A stretch of 62,879 bases of DNA, filler included, from Kipferlia bialata (taxonomy: Eukaryota): NCBI GenBank assembly GCA_003568945.1. It is 6 parts of 6 records of this genome, joined end to end, with 100 filler letters (N's around TTAATTAATTAA, not from the genome) between each part and the next. Parts side by side here need not be neighbours in the genome. Positions count along the whole stretch, not along the records: positions 25,757 to 38,521 come from BDIP01001034.1; positions 38,622 to 51,361 come from BDIP01001036.1; positions 51,462 to 59,609 come from BDIP01001052.1; 3 more parts are not named here. One strand, written 5' to 3'. Of the stretch, positions 38,354-51,525 are shown piece after piece (the stretch's first letter is position 1; each line of letters starts with the position of its first letter). The notes beneath the pieces were generated by a model, which had not been told where the DNA came from, made no database searches, and was given only the letters and a program-made list of their open reading frames with translations. The position numbers were made by a program, and so were the translations under genes.

Positions 38354-38521
38354 ATGATTGTGCGAGTCCTGGACAGTGCAGGTAACACTGTATGTACCGT
38401 AGGTGTAGCGGTATCAAGTGAGAGTGCCCCCCCAGGCTGTGTGTCTGTGACTGACCCTGTTGGTGCCCTGATACCTCTGGTGCACAAGGCCAGACAGGCA
38501 GTGCAGGCAGAGGGGGAGGGC
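38354..38521 (+). CDS. 5' fragment of a hypothetical protein, truncated by the contig end
   Basis: Open frame MIVRVLDSAG...QAEGEG with exon-like composition. Confidence 0.45.
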
Positions 38522-38621
38522 NNNNNNNNNNNNNNNNNNNNNNNNNNNNNNNNNNNNNNNNNNNNTTAATTAATTAANNNNNNNNNNNNNNNNNNNNNNN
38601 NNNNNNNNNNNNNNNNNNNNN
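38522..38621. other. Artificial contig-joining spacer
   Basis: N44-TTAATTAATTAA-N44. Confidence 0.97.
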
Positions 38622-38690
38622 AGCCCGTGCCCGGGGGGGGGGGAGGGGGGGGGGGGGGGGGGATATAGATGGTATATATATGGGGCGTAC

Positions 38691-39699
38691 CGTGAGGGCA
38701 TGCGTAGTGAGCACCCAGGAAGTCACAAGAGAACACGGTCTCGAGGGAGGGGACGTGGGTGAACCTGATGGTAAGGGAGAGAGGAATGATAGGGTGATAG
38801 AGCCGTGTACACATACACATACATTGTGTCCCCCCAGTGGAGCCATGGGGCCAGGTGGAAGTGGAAGTCGGTGCCGTTGACAGACAGCACATCACCCTTC
38901 TTGACCTGGGGTAAGCAGAAGCATACTTATATATAGAATCTACATACATAGAGAGATAGTGCACTCCTTCACTTGGAAGAGAGACAGAGACGTGTGTACC
39001 TGGTGCCTCTTGAATGTGTTGTCGTTGGAGATCTCCTTGAGGAAGTTGATGGCAGCCACTGTGCCGTGGATGGTGGCACCGGTGGCCTGGACAGTGAGGA
39101 TAGATGATACTACATATGTATATAGATGTGTATATATACGTGTATACATACTCATGATTGCGCTATACTCACCAGGGCCAGCTGCACAGCGGTGGAGGAG
39201 TGGTCGGGCTCGGTGTGGTTCAGAATGATGTGGGTGAGCTTCATGCCGGTGCCACCTGACAGTGAGACAGCAGAGACAAAGAGTGACATACTGTATACAC
39301 CCACCCATGACGTCCTCTATCCTGCCCAGGAGCTGGTCTGTGTGCATGGTCTTGCCCTTCACAGTCTCAATCAGCACAGCCTGGGGTGAGGACTATACAC
39401 ATAGAGACAGAGAGACAGAGACAGAGGGAGACACAGTCATGATATGCACACCCACCTCATCCCCGCACTTGACGATGTAGCTGTTGTAGGTGGTGCCAAA
39501 CTCAGTGTACATGACAATGTCAAAGACACGCAGGTTGGGGTCACTGTGGGGTGAGTGGGGGGGGGGGGGTAACAATTGGCGATACTGACAAATTATCAAT
39601 ACCATCACCGTCAGTCCATACACTCCCACCGTACCTAGCTCCGACCCATGACACTCTGTCGGACAGGGCAATGCTCTCGAGGGGTACGCTGTCGGCCAT
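38691..39699 (-). CDS. Flavodiiron protein (A-type flavoprotein, FprA-like O2/NO reductase), metallo-beta-lactamase domain; 3' truncated
   Basis: Spliced: SWVGA..DPNLRVFDIVMYTEFGTTYNSYIV, LIETVK, IILNHTEPDHS (H-x-E-x-D-H), APWLHWGDTMWF, VFSCDFLGAHY. Confidence 0.92.
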
Positions 39700-40058
39700 C
39701 TCTGTTGTATTCTATGGTCCTAAGAAAGATGTTAGAGAGTACTCCCACCCTTAAGCACTCTCACCCTCGGCCACCAATTGTGGCCACGGGATCCAACCAT
39801 TTCGTTGGAGCATTTCAGCCGTTTCAGAAAAGTGAACACTTTGAGCCGGAGAGACAGCATAAGACTGGGGTTATCCACGTCCACTACTATGTGTGTTGGT
39901 GTATGACGAAGGTATTACTAGTGTGGCCTTCTAGTAACCGGTGTCTGCATTGATATAGGTGGACACTGGAAATAGAGACAGTAGCGACAAGTGACGTTTC
40001 AATCATCATGCATGTCAATGTAGATCGGGACGTGAGGCCTTCTCTCTTCGTGTACAGT

Positions 40059-43000
40059 ATGATAACACATGCAGTAGAACCTACAGTGTGGGCATATGCC
40101 GGTATCACAGCGTGAAGAAGTGGTCAGTGGAGTGTGTGTGCCTGTCCTCCATACACCCCTGACCAGTCACAATGTATGCGTCGACATCCATAGTCTCCCC
40201 CATCACGCTCTGTCTGTTTGTACTGGCCACCCTGGTGTCTCTGTGCCTACCCTACAGACATGTGTCCATCCTGTGTGCAGGGTGTCTGTACCTGGACTCC
40301 ACCTTCTGCCTCCTCTCTCTCTCCGTGATAGTGGGTGAGATCCTTGTCAAGGCCGAGCCATCCAGCACGAGAGAGGACCAGTGGAGGGTGGACATGGGGG
40401 CAGACAGGGAGAAGGCAGGGGAGGGGAAGGGGGCAGAGGAGGGGGAGGGGGAGGCGGAGTCTGGGTGCTGTCAGGACTCCGATGCGGCCTGTGTGTCTGA
40501 GTCCTCTGGGTCAGTGGATGAGGGCACTGCAGATGCATGTCCCCCCCCTGCCCCCCCAGAGCGTGTGCCACACACAGACATCACAACACCCCTCAGACAG
40601 GTGGGGGCACTCACTGCTCTTGTATATAGCCTTGCAATACTATCTGAGTATATGTAAAAGTATCACCACCACAACCATATCTCATCTCTACTTGTGCTCT
40701 CCCTCCAACTCCCCCACCTCCCATGTCCAGATGATCATTGGCTGTGTTCAGAGAGCTGTCTCTCTCTCTCTCCCTCCTTTCCTATATTCCCCCCTGTCTC
40801 CGTCTCTATATTTGTATTTGTATCAACGCTATGTTTACACCTCTCAGTTGAGTGTCTCTCCCTCTATTCCCGTATATGGCACATTGTCTCTCGCCCACCC
40901 TCAGGTCCGCTTTGTGCTGATAGGCTCTATCCTCAATGCCCTTGGTGCCATCCTCTATGTATTAGCCCCATCCATCCCAGCTCTCTCCCTGCCCACCCCC
41001 CCACCCCCCCTCTCCCCCATGCTGTGGACTGACGGGTGTGTACCTGAGGCATACCAATGGGTGCCACGCATGGTCAGAGGGGTGTACAGGTGGGGTGGAT
41101 GGGTGGTGGAACGCATCATACACATGGATATACATACATGAGGATGGATACACACCTGACCCCTAGATCCCTCCTCACTCTGGGCACTCTACTGATAGGT
41201 GCTGGGGGTGTACTGACCCATGCCAGGCTGTCAAGGGCAGATTATGAGCAGGGTGCGTTACTAATAGTAGTGAATACTGTCATTCTGTATTTATGTGTAT
41301 GTAGAGCTCTTTTTCTCTTTCCGTTCATAGCATCTCCCCTCACACCAAGTGCAGCTGACCAAGTCTCTACATACTTAGGTGATGTATCTGCTTTTAGTAT
41401 ACATACCTCTCCATGACCCCCAGTGCAGCTGACGAAGTGTGCCATGCAGGCCAGGGGTCTGGACTACCTCATGTGCAGCAGGGTCACATCGAGGTGGGGG
41501 CAGGGGGTATATATTAGTGAGAATGACAATTGAGATATTTTGCCCATTTAGGCCTCACCACCCAGGCCGTGTGCCCATGCCCACTCCTTCATATCGGTCA
41601 TGGGGTCTGTGGCCAGTGGCTACATCCTCTCTCTCTCTCTCTCCCCCTCTGGGCTGGGGGTGCTACCTGACCCTGACCCATACCCACATGTCACAGACAG
41701 TGCAGAGGGTACGGGGTGTATGGGTATAGTCTAGTATACTCTTCGGATCAGACATACCTTGGGGTGAGAACATGTGTAGTACCCACCAATCCACACCGCC
41801 CACCCCCAGTGCTTCCCATGCTCCCCCTCTCCTATGTCGCTGTACTGGCCCCTCTATGGGTGTGTGTGTCACTGGTGTGTGTGGGCATACCAAGTGCAAC
41901 GGACCCAGTCCCAGCAGGTAAGGACATATGTCTATGTACCAGTGTGTAGAAGAATAGCTGCATTTTTGACCAACACCAGTATACACGTACCCAGCTGAAG
42001 ATACCTACATATATACCATACGAGGGTAAATATGTGTATGTGATAATATCACATGATATGTACTCTATTTATCAGTTTATCACCGTCCCTAACCCAGGGT
42101 TCTTTGGACTTGTGTTGGGTCTAGTGGACTATCAGAGGCAGGTACGTTGGTGCATGTGTGAAGGGACCATCCTGGTTTACATTATTATCCTTTCATAGCT
42201 TGGTGCTGGATCTGGTGGAGTATAGGAGACGACTGTCTATGACACCTATACATACACCTCACCCCCAGGTTGAGAGCACCCGTGAGCTGGGAGAGGAAGA
42301 GAGAGAGGAAGCCAGAAGGAAGGGAGAGAGAACCAAGGGAGGGGATGGTGATACTAGCACCAATGCTGCGCCCACCCGGCCCACTCCCATACCCACTGTG
42401 CAGCAGGAGAAGGAGACAGAGGAGCAGGAGGTACAGGGGGTATATCTATGTATATGGTTGAGGTATGAATATGCACATGGTAATCAATTGTCGTGGATAC
42501 ATATGTGTGGATATACATATAAGGGTACAAATCCACCTAACCCCTAGGCCGAGAGGCTGCAGGAGAGACACGATGTTGAACAGCTAGCACACTGGCTACT
42601 GTCACCCAGGCCCATATCCAACAGGAGGTGAGGGTCATGAATACATATATGCCAGTATCTATTATCCTATTTTGTATCCAGTCCCCCCTCACCCCAGGTT
42701 CACCCCCCTCAGGGCCGAGGGCCCAGCCGCAGACACCAGCACACCCTCGGTCACAGGGCAGTTCCCGCTGGCTAGGTGTGGTCAGTCTTCTATACAGTAT
42801 TCACTGCGAGCTGTGTGTCAATGTATCCCTTGTGTGATTGTGCTATAACCATATACCACTTCCAGTGGAAGTCTTCCACTGACCCTGTAGGCCAAGGGTC
42901 ATGTCCATGCTCTGTGCCTATAGCTCAAACAGACCACTCGCAGACAGAAGTACGTATCCACACCACATATTGTTTGGCATGACTACCTTCCTCACACCAT

Positions 43001-46000
43001 ACCCCTATATTATCCCCCACTGTGCCTCACTGCCAGTGCGTGACTCCCTTACTGCTGCCTCCCTGGGGTCACCCACCTCGACCCACCTGAGGTACAACTG
43101 CATTGTTCCTGAGTGTACTTGGATTGATGTGCTGATATGTAGAGTAGCGTGTGAAGTTGTTCTTCTACCTAACACATTCCCACATGTGATGTTGGTGAAT
43201 ACGGCCACCCCATGTAACCCTTGCATACCCCATCTCTCTCTCCATCCCCCCTGACCCCAGGGTTGCTCTTGTGTCCTTAGCACTCTGGGTATACCCCTAC
43301 CTTCCTGCTGTGCTACAGAGAAGGGTGGCAGAGAGGGTCGTGGGGGAGGGGGCCATGCAGAAGGTGAGAGTCTATAGTATATGCTGGATACATAACAATG
43401 ACGTGGAAGTGTGGATACGTGTGTACTCTAGTGCTGTATATGATGTGTATGTTGTACATACCCTACCCCCCCAGGTCCGTCTGTGGATGCGGGACAAGAG
43501 TGCCCTGCCCCAGGTCATGAGGACGGGTGTCACGGCTCCCATCCTGGCAGTCCCCATCACAGGTGGGGGGGGGGGGAGAGTGCATATGTATATGGGTGTG
43601 TATATGTATGGGTGTGATGTGGTTTCCATTCTTAAGTACAATACCTATTAATTGTGGTGGTAGATGTCACTGGATATCGTGTAGTAATCCCACCCCCAGG
43701 CCAGTTCTGCATCCACAACGGGGTGGGTCCCCTCATGCTGTGCCTCAGGTGGGGACTCACTGTTCATGTACTAGAATGCTTCTGTGGATATTGTCAGAAC
43801 ACAGTGGTTACTACATAAATCTGCATATATGTATGTATATATATTTAGCAGAGACCATTGTATACTCACACCCAGAGAGATCCTGGAGATTGACTGTCTC
43901 AAGGCCCATCACGACGCAGCCAGACTGGTATGTGAAGATAGTTTACTATTCTCGTAATACCAATGGTCCTACTGGCCCTGTTCCACCTTGTCATGGGACA
44001 TGTATGGTTCAGGTCTATCCACTTTGTCATGCATTACCTATATATATAAATTGGTATTAGGCACTACAACTCTTCACATATACCCCAATATCCCACCCCC
44101 AGGCCATGTTCCATCTGGTGTCAGGGCAGATACTAGCCAACAAGAGACAGACCTCATTCCCAGTGTACCCCAGGGACATAGGAGACTCGCAGGTGGGGCG
44201 CAGTATCGTGTAGAGTTCCAGCACTGAGTAGTCTACTGAGTGACTAACCCTTCAGTGGATCCCCCTCTCTGTCACGGCCAAGAGTGGCGAGCAGTACACC
44301 CCCTCCAAGCAGCTGATAGAGGACTGGAGCCACAGAGTGCCCCCCCCTCCCAGGGTGTTCCCAGTCTGGCCTCCCCTAGGTAGGGCGTCGGTGGCTGTGT
44401 ATCTGGTCTATATCGTTTCACACCTTGCTTAATACCCAGGTACCCCCCCTTGCTCCGTTCTGGCCAGAGCGTTCCAGACCATCTTTGTGCAGGTATCAAA
44501 TACACGAGCAATTGCTGCCTATATACTGATATCGTTCATATGTGTTGTCTTACCTTTATATTGTATTTCTGCCTCACCTGTCAGATTCTGCCCGATGGAG
44601 ATGGCCCTAGCTATGAGTACACAACGGCACAGTGGTTCAGACTGAGGTACGGGGTGGGGGTATACACGGTCAAACCAGGAGGATGTAGCTACCTTCTCTG
44701 CTTCTGACCCCAGGGGCCAGGAGGTTGACCCAGAGGGTGGGTGGGACAAGTGGGTGGGGACACTACTGCCAGACAGTAGGTGGGGGTGTATGTGTGTATA
44801 TATATGAATATGTGTATATAACATACTGGAACTACTGCCTGAGAGTAGGTGGGGGGTTGGAGTGTGTGGTGTAATTTGCCATATGAATGCAGACATGTAT
44901 CTCACAATCCTGTGTGGGATACTTCCATATACCTATCTGCAGGTTCTTGATAACCCCCCCACCCCCAGGCACCATCTGTTCGTGACCTCCCTGGCCCTTA
45001 TGCGACAGGACCCCAGACTAGTGAAAGGGGTGGTGTCGGAGAGTGCGGTGCTCGAGATGAGCCACAGGTATAGCATCTTCAGTATGGGTGACAGTTCATC
45101 TGTTATATTCAGTTCCACTGAGCTGTTATCTCATTTCTGAATTGTTCATGAAGTACTAGTCTCTCACCCTCTAGCGGTGGCCATGTGATCCCTGTTGGCT
45201 ACACCTGGTGGGTGGAGCAGAGGTACCCGTCAGGCAGGGCCAAGATAGTCAGGGGGTGCGAGACATTCTACAAGACACAGAAGCTGGCTAGGTGCGACAG
45301 ATACGAGGAGTAAACATCCGTAATACCATATATGTCAGACGTCCCTTCTTATGTCAGTGTTTGCATGAGAGGGGGCAGAGTACATGTGGTTATTTATATG
45401 AAATGTCCTACCTACCTCTTCCTACCTTCCCCTCTCACCTCAGGCTGATGAGGAGAGAGAGAAGGGTGCAGCGGAAGGGCAGGGAGGCCAAGCAGGGTAA
45501 GGGGGTAGACGTTGAATATTGGATTGAAGTGTCTTCAGATGCATCGCGTAAGTATGAGTATCATACCCCACCCCACCCCTCTGACCCAGTTGCTACCGAC
45601 TCCTCGGATGTCAGGGATGCCCATGGCAGGAAGGGGGTGCTGGAGTCCCTGACCGATGGCAGTGACGGGTCATCCCTCTCCCTGGGTCACTCCTCCTTTG
45701 ACCACTCCCTGTCCTTCTCATTCGACTCATTGATACAGAAGCCAGGTACGGGCAAGAGTGGCAATATACCTTCTCTCTTTGTGATATATATATCCATGGT
45801 GTGTGTTCCAGCAGTCTCTCACCCCAGGCCTCCAGGGTGTGTCCCTTAGGGAGATAGTGAGAGCACAGGGAAAGGACAAGGTATCAACCAGTTGTATATG
45901 TGTAATGTAGTAGATACTCCTAACCCCTAGGAGAAGGGTCGCAAGGGAACACCTGCTAGGGAGAGACAAGGGAAGAAGGCAGAAGATGAGGGGGAGGAGG

Positions 46001-49000
46001 AGGGAGAGAGAGAAAGGAGCAGGTTGGAGGGGGACGAGGACTCCAGCCTAGCCGATGACATACTGCTTAGGACAGAGAGGGAGAGAGAGAGAGGTGGCAT
46101 GAGTGCAGATAGGGATGGCACAGGTGTGACACCAGAGCCAGGGTTCTCAAGAGGGAGAGAGAGGGAGAGGGAGAGAGAGAGGACGGGTGTGCCTGGGTCG
46201 AGTGGGAGGTCCAGGGGGAGGAGTGTGAGGAGGAGCAGAGACAGTCAGGGGGATGCATACACCAGTGGCAGAAAGGCAAGGAGAGACAGCCAGACGGGGA
46301 GCTTCAGCAGGTGGGTGTCACTATGCTTACATATATGTATATTTCAATGCATAAATGACTCATGTTCTTCATATACATACAGTATCCATATGACTCCTCA
46401 CCCAGTGGCTCCACTAGACGGTCCACCAAGGATGAGTCGGTGGACCCCTTCTTCTCACTGGGGTATCTGCAGAGCATATGTGCCAGTCTGCCAGGTAGGG
46501 TGGCACAGTAGCGTACATGTGTCTACAGTGTATCCAAGTAGTGGTGTACCAGAAGCATTCGCATTTACTCCTATGGCTGGTTACCCTTGACCTTCCATAC
46601 ATATTACCTCCCCCACCCACCCCAGAGTGTCTGAGGCCCAGTCTGGCCAACAGACCCCGGCAGGTACGGGGGGATATGTGTGGGCATACAGACGTATAAG
46701 AACTGACTGACGTGATACTTCTCGATATTCTCACTCACCCCCTGACCCCAGATCTCCCTCCCCCACCAGCTGTTCAGACCATGCATACAGAGGGTGGGGT
46801 CAGGCAGACTCAAGGAGAGGTGGGGAAAACATGTGTGTCCTACATATATATATATAGGGATATATAGGCAGGCTCCAGGAGAGGTATACAATATAGACAT
46901 ATATGTAGATTCTAAATTTCACCGCATACGGAAAGTGGACAAGTCGAAGTAGAACACACGTATCTGTATCCAACCATCTTGAGAGATTGACTGCCTACCG
47001 TCCCACACCCAGCATCTTCCGGTACCAGGAGGCCCTTGCCTGCCCTGTGAAGAAGGAGGCCATACACAGGGCATCACGGCTGCTGGACTACAACTGTCAG
47101 GTGGGGTGACGCGGCATGTGTGTGTATGAAATATATATCATGGGAGGCAACATATCTCCATCCTCACCCCTCAGGAGCTGAACCGCGTCACTGACCACTG
47201 TGGCCTAGAGATCCTGAGTGCATATCTGTTTAACAGCACAGGGATAGACTCGACGGGTGGGTGGGCATGGGTTGTTCAACATTCCTGTTCATCGCTGTAC
47301 AAGATAGAATATGCTTCAGTACAAGTATACACATATATACATGTATATACGACTCCTATTACGACCCCTCACCCAGGTGTCTCCCTGGCCTCCTTTCTGT
47401 CCTTTGTGTTGACCATATCAGAGAGATACAGACACGACGTCCCATACGCAGGTGGGGTCATATGCATGGAGTGGTATAGTCTGAGTCATGTGTCTATGTG
47501 TGTACACTTACCACAGGGTCTCTGAATGCTCTGGACACTCTGCAGGTCACGCACCTCCTGTCACACTCTATCAGGTATGCTGTATATGTGTCGAGTGTAT
47601 AATGCAATGCATGATATCATAACCCCCACCCCCAGGTCATCCCCCATGGGCACCACGTACTTCCCAGCAGACTGTCTGCTGTTTGCATTCATGGGGGCAG
47701 TCAGGTGGGTGGGAGTGGGTCATGGAATTGATCAATAACTGTCAGGCTATTTGAACATATGCCAGTTATAGGTTATACACCTTACGTATTCGTAATTACG
47801 CTTCCATTCATTGTATTTCTGGCCCTGACCCCCCCAGCTACACGATTGAGGCTGGGGTGGCATGTCACACAGCAGCAGACGGGAGGGTGCACGCCGCTGG
47901 TATGTCAGTGTATTTGATGCGTCTATATTTCTGTCCGTCTCACCCCTAGGCAGTCTCCACAAGCAACAGTCCAGAAGTGCCCACTCCGCAGGTGGGGGTT
48001 TCTATATCCCCACATATGTATCATTTGCTAGTGCCCCTACCCACCCCCAGCTATGTGACTCATATGTATGTATAATTAATCATGTGTATGTAGAGTACTC
48101 AACCCCAGCCCTGTGTCTGATGGTTGCCAAGCAGACCAACATCCTCAGAGAGCTGCCAGTGGGGTCGTGTGATGTGATACGCTCACTCATATGCGCCACT
48201 TCACCCGATGACGTAGGTACAGTCACTGTATTGCAGTACTATATATATATATATATTGCCATCACTGCCTTCCCCTCCAGGCAAACTGATCCTCGAGTTG
48301 GAGGCCTATGCTGTGTGGCTGGAACAGATGACACAGGAGGAGAGGGAGAGCCTGTTCTCAATGTCGAGGCCAAAGGTATGTCTTTAGGCAGTACCGTATA
48401 CATCTACCTACACTACAGATATCTCACCCCCAGGTTGAGGAGGACCTCCCCGCCCTGATCTCTGTGCCCACCACCCCCCTTGCCACACTGCAGTCCCTGA
48501 TACTGAGGGCTGTATTGGTGGTGGCCAGTCTGTCATTCTGCGGCAGGAAGAGTGTGTACCAGGTAGGTATTTACAGGCTCTGCATCACAGTGTGTCAGTA
48601 GTGTGGCTTGGATTCGTGTACCTACTCTCAAACTTTAATCCCACCCCCAGGACCGGTCTGAGAGATGGAAGGCAGCCCAGACACTGGAGATGAAGGTCGA
48701 CAAGGCAACCTTCGGGTTCAGCAGAAACTGGGAGGGTGTGTGGTGCAAGTGGATGTATAGAGTTCTACCAGTCACTATATCAGCACCACACGTGTCAAGT
48801 ACTTGTCTGGCATACATCCCCCCCCTGACCCCCAGGCACTGAGGATGCCATGGTGTGTGCCCTCAGAGAGACGTGCTTCTATCCTCTGGTGTGCAGGTAG
48901 GGATAGAGTGGGCATGTGTATCTGGAACTCGATGCACAGTGATATACACAAGTATAGTTACTATACTGCCTCTGACCCAGGGTGCACTCCATCTCTGTGC

Positions 49001-49068
49001 TCATGGGCATCCCCTTCTTCACAGCCATGCTAGAGCAGCTCAGGGACAACGCAGCAAGCATTAAGTGA
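40059..49068 (+). CDS. Large multi-exon protein: N-terminal transmembrane segments and a C-terminal degenerate class I cyclic-nucleotide phosphodiesterase domain
   Basis: Hydrophobic exons (ITLCLFVLATLVSLCL, FVLIGSILNALGAILYVLA, LLTLGTLLIGAGGVL). PDE-like C-terminus LDYNCQELNRVTDHCGL..FLSFVLTISERYRHDVPY..NILREL..RSLICATSP..MLEQLRDN; stop at 49066-49068. Continuity of the whole span is inferred. Confidence 0.65.
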
Positions 49069-49571
49069 GGGGTGATTAATGTAAGAGGGGTAGTAGACTT
49101 CTGGTGGTTGACGGTCATCATAAAGACAGTTGTTATGGAAGAGATTCAATATCAGGTGATTACATGTGCGATATCTTGCCACACTTGCGGATGTTATATG
49201 TCACACAATGTAGGTGGATAGCCAGTGGCTCAATGGATTGGGTATAAAGTGTCAGAGGAATGTGAGTCTGTACTGGACTGAGGTCCATCATACATCATGT
49301 ACCGTCCAGGACCGGGTGTACAGCTTTGGCCTCAGAAGCCAATTGTTTCAGCTGGTTGAAGTTTTATGCCATTCCTTGCATTAGCCCGCTGTAATCGCTG
49401 GGCCTACCACAATGGATGGCTGCATATATCAATGTCCATGTGCTATAAGGCAGGAAGGCATGGTGTGACATTTATCATTCGTGAATGCGTCCAAAATCCC
49501 AAATCAGATGAAATGATTCTAGTCCAATGACCCGTTTTGATATCAGACACTGAGGCTCTCACCTCTCTCTT

Positions 49572-50314
49572 AGGCTGCCTACTTGGAGAGAGAGAGCGAG
49601 ACAGATGAACTATGCAATCAGTGGGGGAGGTATGGGCGTGTTCTAGCTTATATTGGCACCGTGCTCTGATTTGAATCTGCAAATATCAGTGTGATTGTAT
49701 TGGTTGTATGCATGTGTATATTTGTATGTGTATGTACCCCTGCCCCCAGGCATCCGCAGTGCCACCTTCAGCCTGGGTGTCATGAATGCTGCGATGGAGG
49801 TGGAGCAGATACTCGCCAGGGGGCACAGCAGAGATGCCTCCACAGACAGAGACACAGTGGCCAGGTCCAGGGTGTCCTCTGGGGGTGCCTCACCTGCCGA
49901 GGGCTCTGCCACTGTGTCCATGCCAGCACCCCTGGCAGACATAGCAGTGGCCCCGGTGCCTGTAGTCACGCAGGAGAGGGAGCGGAGGGAGGGAGGGGCC
50001 GCAGGGGAGGGGTGTGTGGCTGGGGTGAGCAGCGATGCTCTCTTCGAGGCTGCCTCCCCCTATGCTGACCCTGATGCCTCAGAGGAGATGTCCCAGCTCA
50101 TGTCACCCAGCGTGGACACCGACTTCTCGGACCTCCCCGAGGAGGTGGAGGCAGCCACGAGGTAGGGGCATGTGTCATGGGTCGGTCAGACCGATATCGG
50201 TGTGTGTGAGTACGTGTATATATATGCACCCCTGCGCCAGTTTGTGCAGTGCATTGTATCTAATAGTGCTCTTCACGTTGTGGTGTGCCCATATCCCTCT
50301 TTATACAGCATCTA

Positions 50315-50356
<42 letters not shown>

Positions 50357-51277
50357 TTCCCCGTTACCTGTCCACACATTGACATATGACTCCCTGTCTC
50401 ACTCCAGCTGACATTGACGACTACTCTTTGTTTGCCACGGGAGACGATGCCGGTAATGTCCAGTTCTGGTGAGTGCTGGATTACGTATAATGATGTTCAC
50501 TTATTGACAGTGTCAGTGCTTTGTGTATGGTATATAGTATAGAGCTCCTCTGCTTCTGACCTCAAGGGAGCTTGGTGCCGACCAGATGCTGAAGAAGGTG
50601 GGCGGGGACAGGCTGGGTGTGGGTGTGAGGGACATGCAGTTCACAGAGGAGAACCACCTGGTGGTGCTGAGGGAGACAGGTACGCTATACTAAGCAGTAT
50701 ACTCATCTATATTGCAGCATCTAGCTTGATTCTCTGACTCACCCCAGGTGCCTATGTGCGTGCCTTCATGGGAGACCCTGAGACGCCAGTGCCTTGTGAG
50801 GAGAGGGTCAAGAGGGTGGCTGGATGGTGAGTGGAAGATATATATATGCTTCTGTGGATACACACATCATATGGGAACTTGTCTCTTCCGTCTGTAACAT
50901 GTCTCTTATTCACACATATTCTAACCACCAGTGCCGAGGAGCCCCTTCTGTACCCAGATGCCCCCCTCATCTGTCTGTGCCCCACCAGTGGACAGGTACT
51001 ACATATAACATCATCAACCATATGTGCACATTGACACACTATTCATTTTGAGTGTGTGCATATCCTCTCTCACTCTAGGTCATCATGGCCGGTACCACCA
51101 AGGGCAGTCTGGTCGAGTGCATGCCCCAGGAGGTATGAGTGAGTCGATATATGTATATCCAATATATAAACATGTTGGATTCTCTTCACTCCTCACCCAG
51201 CCCGGTAATATTGCAGTGGAGCCTGTGCTCAACGGGTACACCATGGGTACAAGTGGAGGGCTCAAGCTGCACGAGGG
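49572..51277 (+). CDS. WD40-repeat-like protein, 3' truncated; start uncertain
   Basis: Exons LFATGDDAGNVQFW|ELGADQMLKK..VRDMQFTEENHLVVL and VIMAGTTKGSL. Confidence 0.6.
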
Positions 51278-51361
51278 TGAGTAGAGACACTGTCTCTGCA
51301 TATGTGTAGCACTCCGCCCCCCCCCCCCCCCCCCCCCCTCCCCCCCCCCCCCCCCCCCCCC

Positions 51362-51461
51362 NNNNNNNNNNNNNNNNNNNNNNNNNNNNNNNNNNNNNNN
51401 NNNNNTTAATTAATTAANNNNNNNNNNNNNNNNNNNNNNNNNNNNNNNNNNNNNNNNNNNN
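51362..51461. other. Artificial contig-joining spacer
   Basis: N44-TTAATTAATTAA-N44. Confidence 0.97.
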
Positions 51462-51525
51462 CCCTCTCTTTCTCTCCCCCCCCCCCCCCCCCCCCCCCCC
51501 CCGAATTCATATTCTCTCCCTACAG

